NCBI GenBank assembly: GCA_042576845.1
Contig: JBHPEQ010000004.1
Coordinates: 1,131-65,130, forward strand
DNA length: 64,000 nucleotides
Reading direction: 5' to 3'
Source of the DNA: Planctomycetota bacterium
Lineage (GTDB): Bacteria > Planctomycetota > Phycisphaerae > Sedimentisphaerales > Anaerobacaceae
Positions 27,296-36,132 of the stretch are shown piece by piece. A model generated the notes under the pieces. The model saw only the letters and a list, made by a program, of their open reading frames with translations. It made no database searches and had not been told where the DNA came from. A program made the translations under genes and the position numbers. Within the stretch, counting starts at the first letter, position 1, and each line of letters starts with the position of its first letter.

Positions 27296-29101
27296 ATGGC
27301 AAATTTTTACAGGGATAACGACGGCATTCAATTCTTGTTCAAGCATATAGACCTGCAGGAACCGGCACAGATACGTGAAGAGGAGTTCAGATTCGCTGAT
27401 GAATTTGAATACGCCCCGGCGAATGCAAAGGAGGTAATTGACAATTACGATATGGTTTTGGATTCGCTCGGGCAGCTTTGTGCGGAATTCATCGCACCGC
27501 GTGCTGAAGATGTCGACAACGAAGGACCAACGCTTAATGAAGACGGCTCGGTAAGTTATGCAAAAGGCACTTCTGAATCTCTAAAAAAGCTTGCAGAGGC
27601 AGAAGTGATGGGCTTCACATTGCCTTATCGATTCGGCGGACTCAACTTCCCACATATTATCTACTCAATTGCAATCGAGCTCGTTTCACGTGCGGATGCT
27701 GCACTTATGAATATATTCGGCCTGCAGGGAATTGCAGAGACAATCGAAGCGTTTGCCTCCGAAGAAATTAAGCAGAAATATCTTCACGATTTTGCCACCG
27801 GCAAGGTAACAGGTGCGATGGTTCTGACCGAACCGGATGCGGGCTCTGATTTGCAATCGGTCAAGCTCCGTGCGTACCAGGATGATGACGGCAATTGGTT
27901 TTTACACGGCGTAAAAAGATTTATAACAAACGGCTGCGGCGAAGTCCTGCTGGTTCTTGCGCGGAGCGAGCCGGACAGGGCCGGTGGATTGGGACTGAGC
28001 TTATTTGTTTGTGACAGAGGGCCAACGGTGCGCATTCGGCGATTGGAAGAGAAACTCGGAATTCACGGCTCGCCGACCTGCGAGATATTCTTTGACAATA
28101 CACCCTGTCAGTTAATCGGTGAACGTCAAAGGGGATTGGTAACGTATGTAATGAGTTTAATGAACGGAGCCCGAATTGGAATCGCCGCTCAGTCGGTCGG
28201 TATAGCCGAAGCAGCTTTCGATGTTGCCCGTGATTATGCGTCGAGTCGTAAACAGTTCGGCGTGCCAATAGAAAAGTTTGCCGCCGTACGTGATATGTTA
28301 ATTGAGATGCGAATCGCCATAGAGACCGGCCGGGCGCTTTTGTATGAGACGTCGCGAATCGTGGACCTATATATCGGAACTGACAAAAAACTCGAAAATA
28401 ATCCTCCGGAAGATAAAGAGCTGGCGAAAAAGCTAAAGCAGGATGCACGAAGATATAAAAGATACGCCTCGATGCTGACACCTATGAGCAAGTATTACTG
28501 TTCGGAAATGTGTAATACGGTTGCATACGATTCGATTCAAGTGCTTGGCGGCAGCGGATATATGCGCGATTATGCCTGCGAACGTCACGCCCGCGATGCA
28601 AGAATAACCACCATTTACGAGGGGACAAGCCAGCTTCAAATTGTCGCAGCGGTGCGCGGAGTATGCAACGGGACAACAGAGAAATTCCTTAATGAACTCG
28701 CTCAAGCTAAATATAAGAGTGAATTGAAAGACCTGCTCGAAAAATTAACAGAAGGTACCGAACAGATGAAAAAGGCAATTGCCTTCGTAAAGGACAAAGG
28801 AAATGAATATATGGACCTTTACGGCAAAGCTTTGGTTGATATTGCGATAGATTTGATTAACGGGTATTTATTATGCGGGCAGGCGAGTTCGAAGGTGGAT
28901 TTAAAGGTTGCGGTTTCGCCGGAGGACGGTCGTGAAAATGGCCGGACTATTGCTATGACGAAACGAAAAGCGATAATCGCCCACAGGTACATCAGCAAAA
29001 ACGTAACGAAAATCAAAGCCCTGACTAATCTTATTTGTAGCGGGGATACCTCGACCTTTACCGATTATACGAAAATAGTCGGGCCAATGCCCGAAGAGTA
29101 A
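27296..29101 (+). CDS. Acyl-CoA dehydrogenase family protein (long form with extra C-terminal helical domain)
   Basis: ACAD blocks LTEPDAGSD, KRFITNG, GSGYMRDY..ERH.RDARITTIYEGTSQLQ. 601 aa, directly downstream of etfBA. Confidence 0.85.
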   Translation: MANFYRDNDGIQFLFKHIDLQEPAQIREEEFRFADEFEYAPANAKEVIDNYDMVLDSLGQLCAEFIAPRAEDVDNEGPTLNEDGSVSYAKGTSESLKKLAEAEVMGFTLPYRFGGLNFPHIIYSIAIELVSRADAALMNIFGLQGIAETIEAFASEEIKQKYLHDFATGKVTGAMVLTEPDAGSDLQSVKLRAYQDDDGNWFLHGVKRFITNGCGEVLLVLARSEPDRAGGLGLSLFVCDRGPTVRIRRLEEKLGIHGSPTCEIFFDNTPCQLIGERQRGLVTYVMSLMNGARIGIAAQSVGIAEAAFDVARDYASSRKQFGVPIEKFAAVRDMLIEMRIAIETGRALLYETSRIVDLYIGTDKKLENNPPEDKELAKKLKQDARRYKRYASMLTPMSKYYCSEMCNTVAYDSIQVLGGSGYMRDYACERHARDARITTIYEGTSQLQIVAAVRGVCNGTTEKFLNELAQAKYKSELKDLLEKLTEGTEQMKKAIAFVKDKGNEYMDLYGKALVDIAIDLINGYLLCGQASSKVDLKVAVSPEDGRENGRTIAMTKRKAIIAHRYISKNVTKIKALTNLICSGDTSTFTDYTKIVGPMPEE

Positions 29102-29114
29102 TACAGATGTTATT

Positions 29115-29798
29115 ATGAAACCTGGCGCAGTTATATTTGATTTCGACGGGGTGATAACTGATACGGAAATTCTGCATCTTCGCAGCTTTAACCGCATCCT
29201 GGAGCAATTCAATACTAAGATAGCGATAAGAGAGTATTACAGGGAGTATCTCGGTTTTACGGACGTCGATTGCTTTAAGGTGCTCTCAGAAAAACACCAG
29301 CTTGGCTTAAGTAACGAAACGATACAAAAGCTTGTGCAGGAAAAGAACCGAATATTTGAAAAGATAGCAAAGACCGAGAGCAAAATCATAGACGGCGTTC
29401 CTGAATTTCTTGCGATGCTCAAAGAAAATAATATCCCGATGGCGATATGTTCAGGGGCGCTGCTGGCTGAGATTGCACTCATACTTGATGATGCGTCTCT
29501 GCGTTCTTACTTTGACGTGATAGTCTCGGCTGAGCAGGTCAAAAAAGGCAAGCCCGACCCGGAGGGATTTCTGCTGACACTGAAGAAACTAAATAAAAGC
29601 AGCGAGATTGACATAACTGTGAGACAGTGCATTGTCGTCGAGGATTCGCATTGGGGTCTCGAAGCTGCAAAGACGGCTGGCATGCATACTATAGCGGTTA
29701 CCAATTCATACGATGCCGAGGATTTGGCACAGGCGGAAAGAATTGTTGCGAAACTAAATGAACTTAGCGTTAAGGACTTGGAATCTCTCTGTCTCTGA
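29115..29798 (+). CDS. HAD-superfamily hydrolase (beta-phosphoglucomutase-like subfamily)
   Basis: Motif I VIFDFDGVITDTE, motif II CSGA, and motif III/IV KGKPDPEGF...VVEDSHWGLEAAKTAG. Confidence 0.85.
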   Translation: MKPGAVIFDFDGVITDTEILHLRSFNRILEQFNTKIAIREYYREYLGFTDVDCFKVLSEKHQLGLSNETIQKLVQEKNRIFEKIAKTESKIIDGVPEFLAMLKENNIPMAICSGALLAEIALILDDASLRSYFDVIVSAEQVKKGKPDPEGFLLTLKKLNKSSEIDITVRQCIVVEDSHWGLEAAKTAGMHTIAVTNSYDAEDLAQAERIVAKLNELSVKDLESLCL

Positions 29799-29866
29799 GT
29801 GCTTGTTGAACTTGAGCAAACCTAACACATAAGCAAATACGGTAAAAATACATATCCTCTGTTGGT

Positions 29867-32014
29867 TTACCTTCCTAATTGTAACATACCGGGGCCAATG
29901 ATTTTGGCTTCACCTTCTCCGGTTTTTACGTTGTATTCCACACCGTCAACAGGCGCTCCGTTTAATAAACAAGGCACAGAACCGTCTCCTCGTGCCCTGA
30001 TGATAGATTCACCGGCATCAAAGAGCATTTCACTGCCCTCGAACTGAACATCTTCGTTTTGGCACACAATTCCATCCGTGGCACTTAAGCTTTTTATTTC
30101 AAAACGGCCGTCTTCAGTTTCATAAAAGTCAGCCTCTATTCGGCCGGCATTTGCCTTTGTCGCCGGGCCGTATTCGCCTTCAATTATGGGGGCATACCCA
30201 ATGTTTATAAATTGTGATTGAGCTTCAGCAATAATTTTATTTAACTGCAAAAAATATTTTAACGTGTCAAAATTTTCAACAAGGGCATAGCACCGGCGGC
30301 GCAGGCTGAATCTTTTACTTTCTTCCTGCGGCTCTGTGATATTTGAATTATCAACTTTTATTATCCCAGGACCGGTACCTTCAAAGAATTGTCCGCCGGC
30401 GTCATAATCAAACCTGCTGCATTTCAATTCTACCCCGCCGATTAACTTACCGTTGTTGGTTTTTACGGTGGCAAGCTTAACAGTACCCCCATCTGCGATG
30501 ATGTGGCTTATCCGAGTAGGAAGTTCCGAGCTCGTTTGTTTTTTTTCTGATAAGGTTACAATAATCCTCGGGGCTGAAAGGGTATACCTTTCCTCTATTC
30601 CCTCGTTATCTCTAACCATTGAACACAAACAATCACCTTCGAAGATGACCCGATTATCAGCCCGCAGAAAAGTAACTCTTTCCTTTGAGGATATGGTAGC
30701 AGGAACTGAAAGTCGCTCATTGTACAGGTCGTCTATATAGAAAATAAGTTCGGACGGTCCGACAGAAACTATATCACCGGTCGAAACGTTATAGTTGATT
30801 CCTGAAGCGATATAAGTGGTGATTCCTTTTGCGCCCTTTATGGCTGCAGCTTTCTTCTTATCGATTTCAGCCGAAATGGATGCTGGTTGGCTCGATTGTT
30901 CAGAAGTGCTGGTAAAATCCGCCGGCATAATAACAACACCGTCATCACAGGTTACAATAACTTCCGAAGACTGCTTTGTTAAAGTACCCACATCGTCTTG
31001 CTTTTCGGCAGCGGCTGCGGATTGGTTTTCTTTACTGCCCTCACTTACAAACCCTTCTGAGTTTTCTTCCTGTTCTGCCCGTTTTGAACGGAGAATATTA
31101 TTGATACTTATTCTATCAGCAAAAATAATTTGGCCAGGCGTTTCAACTAAAACATTTTTGTTAAATACACATCTGTAATAATCCTCACCCTTTTGCTCGA
31201 GTGCTTCAGGAGACGATTCTGTTTTAATCGCTCGAGTTGTACCGCCTCCGGCTAATTCGTCCGAAGGCTTTTGCCGGATTTCGGTATTCGGAGCCGACAC
31301 AACATCGCTTTTTCTTTGCTCTGAAGATAACAAAGACAGCTCGCTGCTTCTTAAACGCAAACTCTCCAAATGGACAATTCTCATAAAGTCGAGCCGGTCA
31401 AGCTGGTTATTATAAATGAGCTCCAGACCCTTTCCGTTAATTCGAGCGTTACCGGAGACGAATCTGACAGATCCGCTGGTCGAAATTTTCGATTTTTCAG
31501 CAATATAAACAACTTTATCGAGATACAGAAAACTCTCTGCAAGGTTACCCGTCTTCTCAGGAATAATATGAATAACCACACTGCCGATAAGAGTTGCATC
31601 AGTTGGGTTGGGTTTATCAACAGCATCTTCTATTATCACTTTTCCCTTCTCGGCCGTGATGTAGCAGGAAAAATCAGGCCTGAAAATATTCATATAGGGT
31701 TTTTCAATCTCCCATTCCTTTCCCTCCTTGTAGATGATTTTTTCAAATCCGAATTCCCGCTCAACTTCTCCGGTCTTTTCGTTAAGGTCGGTGAATCGGG
31801 CCTTTTCAACAGTCTCAATCACAAAATCGCCGATTCTTCCCCCTCCACCACGCGAGCGGGCCTCGTTACTGTCACCAACATCACCGGGAAAACCGGTTGT
31901 TTTATTCATCTCTATCAATGGCGTATCGCTCGCCACAATGTAGAGTTTATACGCCACAACCGCCACCAGAAGAGCGATAAGCCAGACAAACAATTTGCGT
32001 GAATTTAAATTCAT
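29867..32014 (-). CDS. Large N-terminally anchored protein, probably with LptC/OstA(LptA)-like beta-jellyroll repeats
   Basis: 715 aa with a single N-terminal TM (LFVWLIALLVAVVAYKLYIV). Alternating-strand patterns recur (ITAEKGKVII...ATLIGSVVIHI...STSGSVRFVSGNARINGKGLELIY...). It sits immediately after kdsD-kdsC, where lptC/lptA lie in the classical kdsD-kdsC-lptC-lptA-lptB cluster. Confidence 0.5.
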   Translation of the reverse strand: MNLNSRKLFVWLIALLVAVVAYKLYIVASDTPLIEMNKTTGFPGDVGDSNEARSRGGGGRIGDFVIETVEKARFTDLNEKTGEVEREFGFEKIIYKEGKEWEIEKPYMNIFRPDFSCYITAEKGKVIIEDAVDKPNPTDATLIGSVVIHIIPEKTGNLAESFLYLDKVVYIAEKSKISTSGSVRFVSGNARINGKGLELIYNNQLDRLDFMRIVHLESLRLRSSELSLLSSEQRKSDVVSAPNTEIRQKPSDELAGGGTTRAIKTESSPEALEQKGEDYYRCVFNKNVLVETPGQIIFADRISINNILRSKRAEQEENSEGFVSEGSKENQSAAAAEKQDDVGTLTKQSSEVIVTCDDGVVIMPADFTSTSEQSSQPASISAEIDKKKAAAIKGAKGITTYIASGINYNVSTGDIVSVGPSELIFYIDDLYNERLSVPATISSKERVTFLRADNRVIFEGDCLCSMVRDNEGIEERYTLSAPRIIVTLSEKKQTSSELPTRISHIIADGGTVKLATVKTNNGKLIGGVELKCSRFDYDAGGQFFEGTGPGIIKVDNSNITEPQEESKRFSLRRRCYALVENFDTLKYFLQLNKIIAEAQSQFINIGYAPIIEGEYGPATKANAGRIEADFYETEDGRFEIKSLSATDGIVCQNEDVQFEGSEMLFDAGESIIRARGDGSVPCLLNGAPVDGVEYNVKTGEGEAKIIGPGMLQLGR

Positions 32015-32031
32015 AACGTTCCCGCCGGCAT

Positions 32032-32559
32032 TTATCCTTCATATCTTTCCATAAGTTCCTGCCATCTGCCGGTCTCTTTCAGGATATATTCTATTACCTC
32101 ACGCACCGCCCCCTTACCTCCGCTGTGCGTTGTTACATAATCAGACCCCTGTTTAACCTCATCTACCGCATTAGCAACAGCTATTGAAAAACCTGCGAGT
32201 TTTAGGACCGGCAAATCCATTAAATCATCACCAATACAGCAGATTTGCTGTGGCGATAGAGACTCTTGTTCAAGAAGCTCTTCAATCGCTTTCATTTTAT
32301 TGTGAGCATCCTGGATGCAGTGGTCAATCTCGAGTTGTTCAGCCCTGCGTTGTGTCGGTTCTGATAACCTGCCGCTTAAAAAAGCGACTTTAAGACCAGC
32401 CCTTTTCCACAAACGTATTCCATGACCATCGAGCGAATTGAAAGCTTTACTCTCGGTACCGTCGGAGTTAATTGTAAGCGTCCCATCTGTTAGAACACCG
32501 TCAACATCAAGAATTAGCAGCTTTATTCGGGCAAGATTCGGCTTTGCTTTCTTCGCCAT
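32032..32559 (-). CDS. kdsC: 3-deoxy-D-manno-octulosonate 8-phosphate phosphatase
   Basis: 175 aa. HAD motif LLILDVDGVLTDG, then D..G...L...G......SGR and GDDL.D, typical of KdsC. Adjacent to kdsD. Confidence 0.85.
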   Translation of the reverse strand: MAKKAKPNLARIKLLILDVDGVLTDGTLTINSDGTESKAFNSLDGHGIRLWKRAGLKVAFLSGRLSEPTQRRAEQLEIDHCIQDAHNKMKAIEELLEQESLSPQQICCIGDDLMDLPVLKLAGFSIAVANAVDEVKQGSDYVTTHSGGKGAVREVIEYILKETGRWQELMERYEG

Positions 32560-32628
32560 CTATAACATTCCTAAATCAGTCCAACGATTGTAAATGAACC
32601 TCAACAAAAAAGCCCGTACCGGTCGGTT

Positions 32629-33606
32629 CTACCCAACCACTTTTATGGTTACAATATCCTGCACATCGATTAAACCGACGGGCTTTCCCTGTTCGTCAAT
32701 AACAGGCAGCTCATCAATTCTGTATTTATGAAAAATCGCAGTCGCTTCTGAAGCCAGGGCATCCGCCCTTATTCTTTTGCAGTCTGTCGTCATTACATCT
32801 GCGGCTTTTTGATTAAAAGCAACCTGCCCTTTTTTCGTTATTAAACGCCTGATATCCGCATCCGTAAGGATGCCCCCCAGCTTGCCGGCTGAATCCACGA
32901 TCATTACAGCACCATGCCGTTTAACATCTTTTGTTTTTTCGAGTAGATGCTTTATCGTATCGTCAGCTTCCGCTATCGGCAATATTTCCCCCGGCTTGAA
33001 CATCATAGACTGCTCTACGGTCATCAACTTTGAGCCGAGCGACCCGCCCGGATGGAACCTGACATAATCTTCAACGCTGAATTTGCGTGCCTTCATAACG
33101 GTAAAAGCCAGAGCATCGCCAATGGCAAGCATACAGGCCGTTGAAACACTCGGCGCAACGCCCAACGGACATGCTTCGGACATTTCGCCCATGCAAAGCG
33201 TTATATCGCTGTGTTTGCTGAGTGTTGAACTTTCATCCCCTGTAATTGCTATCAATTTTATTTCAAGCTGTTTAACCAGGTTTATCAACCGCGTAACTTC
33301 GTCAGTTTCACCGCCGAAGCTCAGGACAACGACAATGTCACTTTTACGCAATCTGCCTAGGTCGCCGTGAATAGCTTCAGCAGGATGCAAAAAATGGCTC
33401 GGAGTACCTGTTGATGCCAGAGTTGCACTTATTTTCTGTCCGATTATACCCGCTTTTCCAATGCCGCTTATAATTACAGAACCACTGCAGTTGTGAACCA
33501 TTTCCGCAGCTTCGGCAAAACTCTCACCGACAATCGAAACTACGGATTTTATACCTTCGGCTTCAGCGTCTATAACCTTACGTGCGTATTCAAGGTCAAA
33601 TTTCAT
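32629..33606 (-). CDS. kdsD: Arabinose-5-phosphate isomerase (SIS domain plus tandem CBS)
   Basis: SIS block ISGIGKAGIIGQKISATLASTGTPS.FLHPAEA.HGDLG plus a C-terminal CBS pair. Confidence 0.9.
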   Translation of the reverse strand: MKFDLEYARKVIDAEAEGIKSVVSIVGESFAEAAEMVHNCSGSVIISGIGKAGIIGQKISATLASTGTPSHFLHPAEAIHGDLGRLRKSDIVVVLSFGGETDEVTRLINLVKQLEIKLIAITGDESSTLSKHSDITLCMGEMSEACPLGVAPSVSTACMLAIGDALAFTVMKARKFSVEDYVRFHPGGSLGSKLMTVEQSMMFKPGEILPIAEADDTIKHLLEKTKDVKRHGAVMIVDSAGKLGGILTDADIRRLITKKGQVAFNQKAADVMTTDCKRIRADALASEATAIFHKYRIDELPVIDEQGKPVGLIDVQDIVTIKVVG

Positions 33607-33699
33607 TTATCATCAGCTCCTTAACCTATAACAGCAAAACAAACGGCATTATTACTGCAGAAATGTTTATAGTCAAGCCTCTTATATCAACAGTGTTGT

Positions 33700-35226
33700 T
33701 TATAACCTTACAACACTTCCGCGACTGTTGTAACAAACAAGTTCATGTTTTTCACCCGAATAATTCAGGTTGGAATGAATTATGACCTTTTTGTTGTTAA
33801 GCTGTTCAATATTTGTAATAGCGGTTCGCTTTTCATTTTGCAGATAATCAGCAACATCGGTAGAAACAAATAATTCGATGCGCTTGATTTGCTCCTTTGA
33901 AGCTGAGAGGTTAAGCAACCGAATAATATCAAGAGCCAATGATTCGTGACTTTTAAGAAAACCGGTCCCTTTGCAATGAGGGCAGGCCAGATAAGTACTC
34001 GATTGCAGCGAAGGGCGCATTCTCTGACGGGTCATTTCCAGGATGCCGAACCTGCTTATTCTTAGTATTTTTGAACGGGCGCGGTCAATCTTAACGGCTT
34101 CCCGAAAAATTCCTTCTATGCTTTTACGATTCCGAGGATTTTGCATATCAATAAAATCGCAGATTATCAACCCTCCAAGGTCACGCAATCTAAGCTGTCT
34201 GGCAATCTCAACGGCCGCCTCTTTGTTGATTTTATAGGCGGTTTGTTCGGCACTTTCCTGCTTGCGATACTTTCCGCTGTTTACATCTATTGCAACGAGC
34301 GCCTCGGTTTGCTCCAGTACGATTGAACCGCCGCTTTTAAGACGAGCTGTCCGCGATTGAATCCTGGTAATTTCCTCTTCAATTTTGTATTTGTGAAATA
34401 GCGGCATTTTGCCTTTATAATATTCAACTCTGCTTTTCAGACGAGGCGTTGCAATTGTAAGGAAATCTTTGATTTTTTTGCAGACACTTTCCGAGTCACA
34501 GACTATCCTGCTTATTTTAGTGTTAAAAACATCTCTGAGTGTTCTGATAACCAGACTTGACTCCATATACAGTTCGCCAGGCGCCTTCTCAGTTTCTATT
34601 CGCTGTTCGATTGCCTTCCAAAGACGCTTAAGGTACTTTAAGTCATTTTGTATATCCCTCTTTGAAGCGCCTTCACCGGCGGTTCGGATAATAAAACCTT
34701 GTCCCTTCGGCGGTCTGCTTTCTTCAAGAATCTGCTTTAATCTCAGACGCTCCTCCTCGCTTTCTATCTTGTGTGAAACACCCATTTGCCGCATCCACGG
34801 CATCATAACAAGGTACTTACCGGGCAGGGACAAATATGTAGTCAGAGTAGGCCCTTTGGTCTTTATGCCTTCCTTGGTTACCTGAACAACAATCTCCTGA
34901 CCATTTTTAAGGCATTTTTGAATGGGAGGTCTGTCTTTGAGCAGTTGTCTGCGCCCGATAGTTTCGGTTTTACCGGCGGCCCTGCCAGAAAAATATCGAG
35001 GATGCAGGTCACTGATGTGCAGAAAACCATTCCTGCTTATCCCGAAATCTATAAATGCCGCCTGTATACCCGATTCGATATTGACGACTTTACCTTTGTA
35101 AATATTACCAACATGACTGTCCAGACTTGCTCTTTCTATATACAGCTCTTCAAGCGAGCCGGATTGTATCACAGCTACTCTGCACTCTTCTCTTTCCGCT
35201 ACATTTACAAGCATTTCTCCTGCCAT
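33700..35226 (-). CDS. rng: Ribonuclease G/E family endoribonuclease
   Basis: S1 domain (GNIYKGKVVNIESGIQAAFIDFG), the catalytic block ALVAIDVNSGKY and LRDLGGLIICDFIDM. Confidence 0.9.
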   Translation of the reverse strand: MAGEMLVNVAEREECRVAVIQSGSLEELYIERASLDSHVGNIYKGKVVNIESGIQAAFIDFGISRNGFLHISDLHPRYFSGRAAGKTETIGRRQLLKDRPPIQKCLKNGQEIVVQVTKEGIKTKGPTLTTYLSLPGKYLVMMPWMRQMGVSHKIESEEERLRLKQILEESRPPKGQGFIIRTAGEGASKRDIQNDLKYLKRLWKAIEQRIETEKAPGELYMESSLVIRTLRDVFNTKISRIVCDSESVCKKIKDFLTIATPRLKSRVEYYKGKMPLFHKYKIEEEITRIQSRTARLKSGGSIVLEQTEALVAIDVNSGKYRKQESAEQTAYKINKEAAVEIARQLRLRDLGGLIICDFIDMQNPRNRKSIEGIFREAVKIDRARSKILRISRFGILEMTRQRMRPSLQSSTYLACPHCKGTGFLKSHESLALDIIRLLNLSASKEQIKRIELFVSTDVADYLQNEKRTAITNIEQLNNKKVIIHSNLNYSGEKHELVCYNSRGSVVRL

Positions 35227-35266
35227 TTTGTTATCCTTGAGTCAAAACAAAAACTTTACTTTTTAG

Positions 35267-35935
35267 TTAATTACATTTAATGCTTATCCGACGAACCGGT
35301 TCAGCTAAATCCACCGCATTAAGTTCAAATAATTTCAGGATTTCTTCTATGCGTATCGAGCCGGCGGGGCTGAAATTACATTCTACGCAAATATCTGCCA
35401 CATCGCCACTGAGCTTATCTGCCCGGATTGTTCGCAGAAAAGGCCTTACATCAACCACCTTGGCTTTCGCTGTTTTTGTTCCCGCCTGTCGCTGAAGAGG
35501 AAGGCTTTCTTTTGCCAGCAAACGTTCAGCACTTACCTTTAACTTCTCGTTCGTTCGAGTCTTAAAGACATACGAAACTATATAAAATTGGGGCGGTTTT
35601 TTAGTCTTGGATGCTTCTACTGAAAGCAAACTGCAACCTTCCGGCAGTTGAGCTGAAAGAGCGGCTTTGATTTCCGAAAGATAATTTGTCTTTTGTGTTT
35701 CGTTGATTTCCTGTTCTACGTAAAAATAAAGCAGCTCGTCATCTGATTCGACACCGACACTTCTCGGCACCGGAAGAGACAATTTCGGACGAGGATTAAA
35801 GCCACCTCTGTACTTCATACCTATATCCGCCCGAATACACGCACGCTGAAACAACCTGAGCGTTTCAGCGTGGGACAGAAATCTCAGGTTGCCCCAAATT
35901 CTAAATTTTATCACTACCATGATATTGTATTTCAT
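35267..35935 (-). CDS. DUF2344 / TIGR03936-like radical-SAM-associated protein
   Basis: N-terminal FRIWGNLRFLSHAETLRLFQRACIRADI resembles the DUF2344 signature. It is adjacent to rng, a commonly seen gene neighbourhood. Confidence 0.65.
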   Translation of the reverse strand: MKYNIMVVIKFRIWGNLRFLSHAETLRLFQRACIRADIGMKYRGGFNPRPKLSLPVPRSVGVESDDELLYFYVEQEINETQKTNYLSEIKAALSAQLPEGCSLLSVEASKTKKPPQFYIVSYVFKTRTNEKLKVSAERLLAKESLPLQRQAGTKTAKAKVVDVRPFLRTIRADKLSGDVADICVECNFSPAGSIRIEEILKLFELNAVDLAEPVRRISIKCN

Positions 35936-36132
35936 TTTTCAATTCTGCGGATTTTGAGACTAAAACAGTTAATCTCATATCCCGACAGATATTTATTATG
36001 TCAATCTTTGCATTTAAAACAATCAATTTTTCTCGAGGCTTTCCTGTATTAATACAGGCGTTCTCAAACTATCATCGGTCGGTCCCCTATGAGCACTGAA
36101 GTTTTATTTGCAGGGGCTATAAAGTCCCTCAG

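Noticed and set aside
36043-36058. The perfect palindrome cctgtattaatacagg downstream of the 1042-aa gene, considered as a possible terminator.
   Set aside because: No U-tract follows on either strand, and the stem is short and AT-rich in its centre. It could equally be a protein-binding palindrome, so it was not called.
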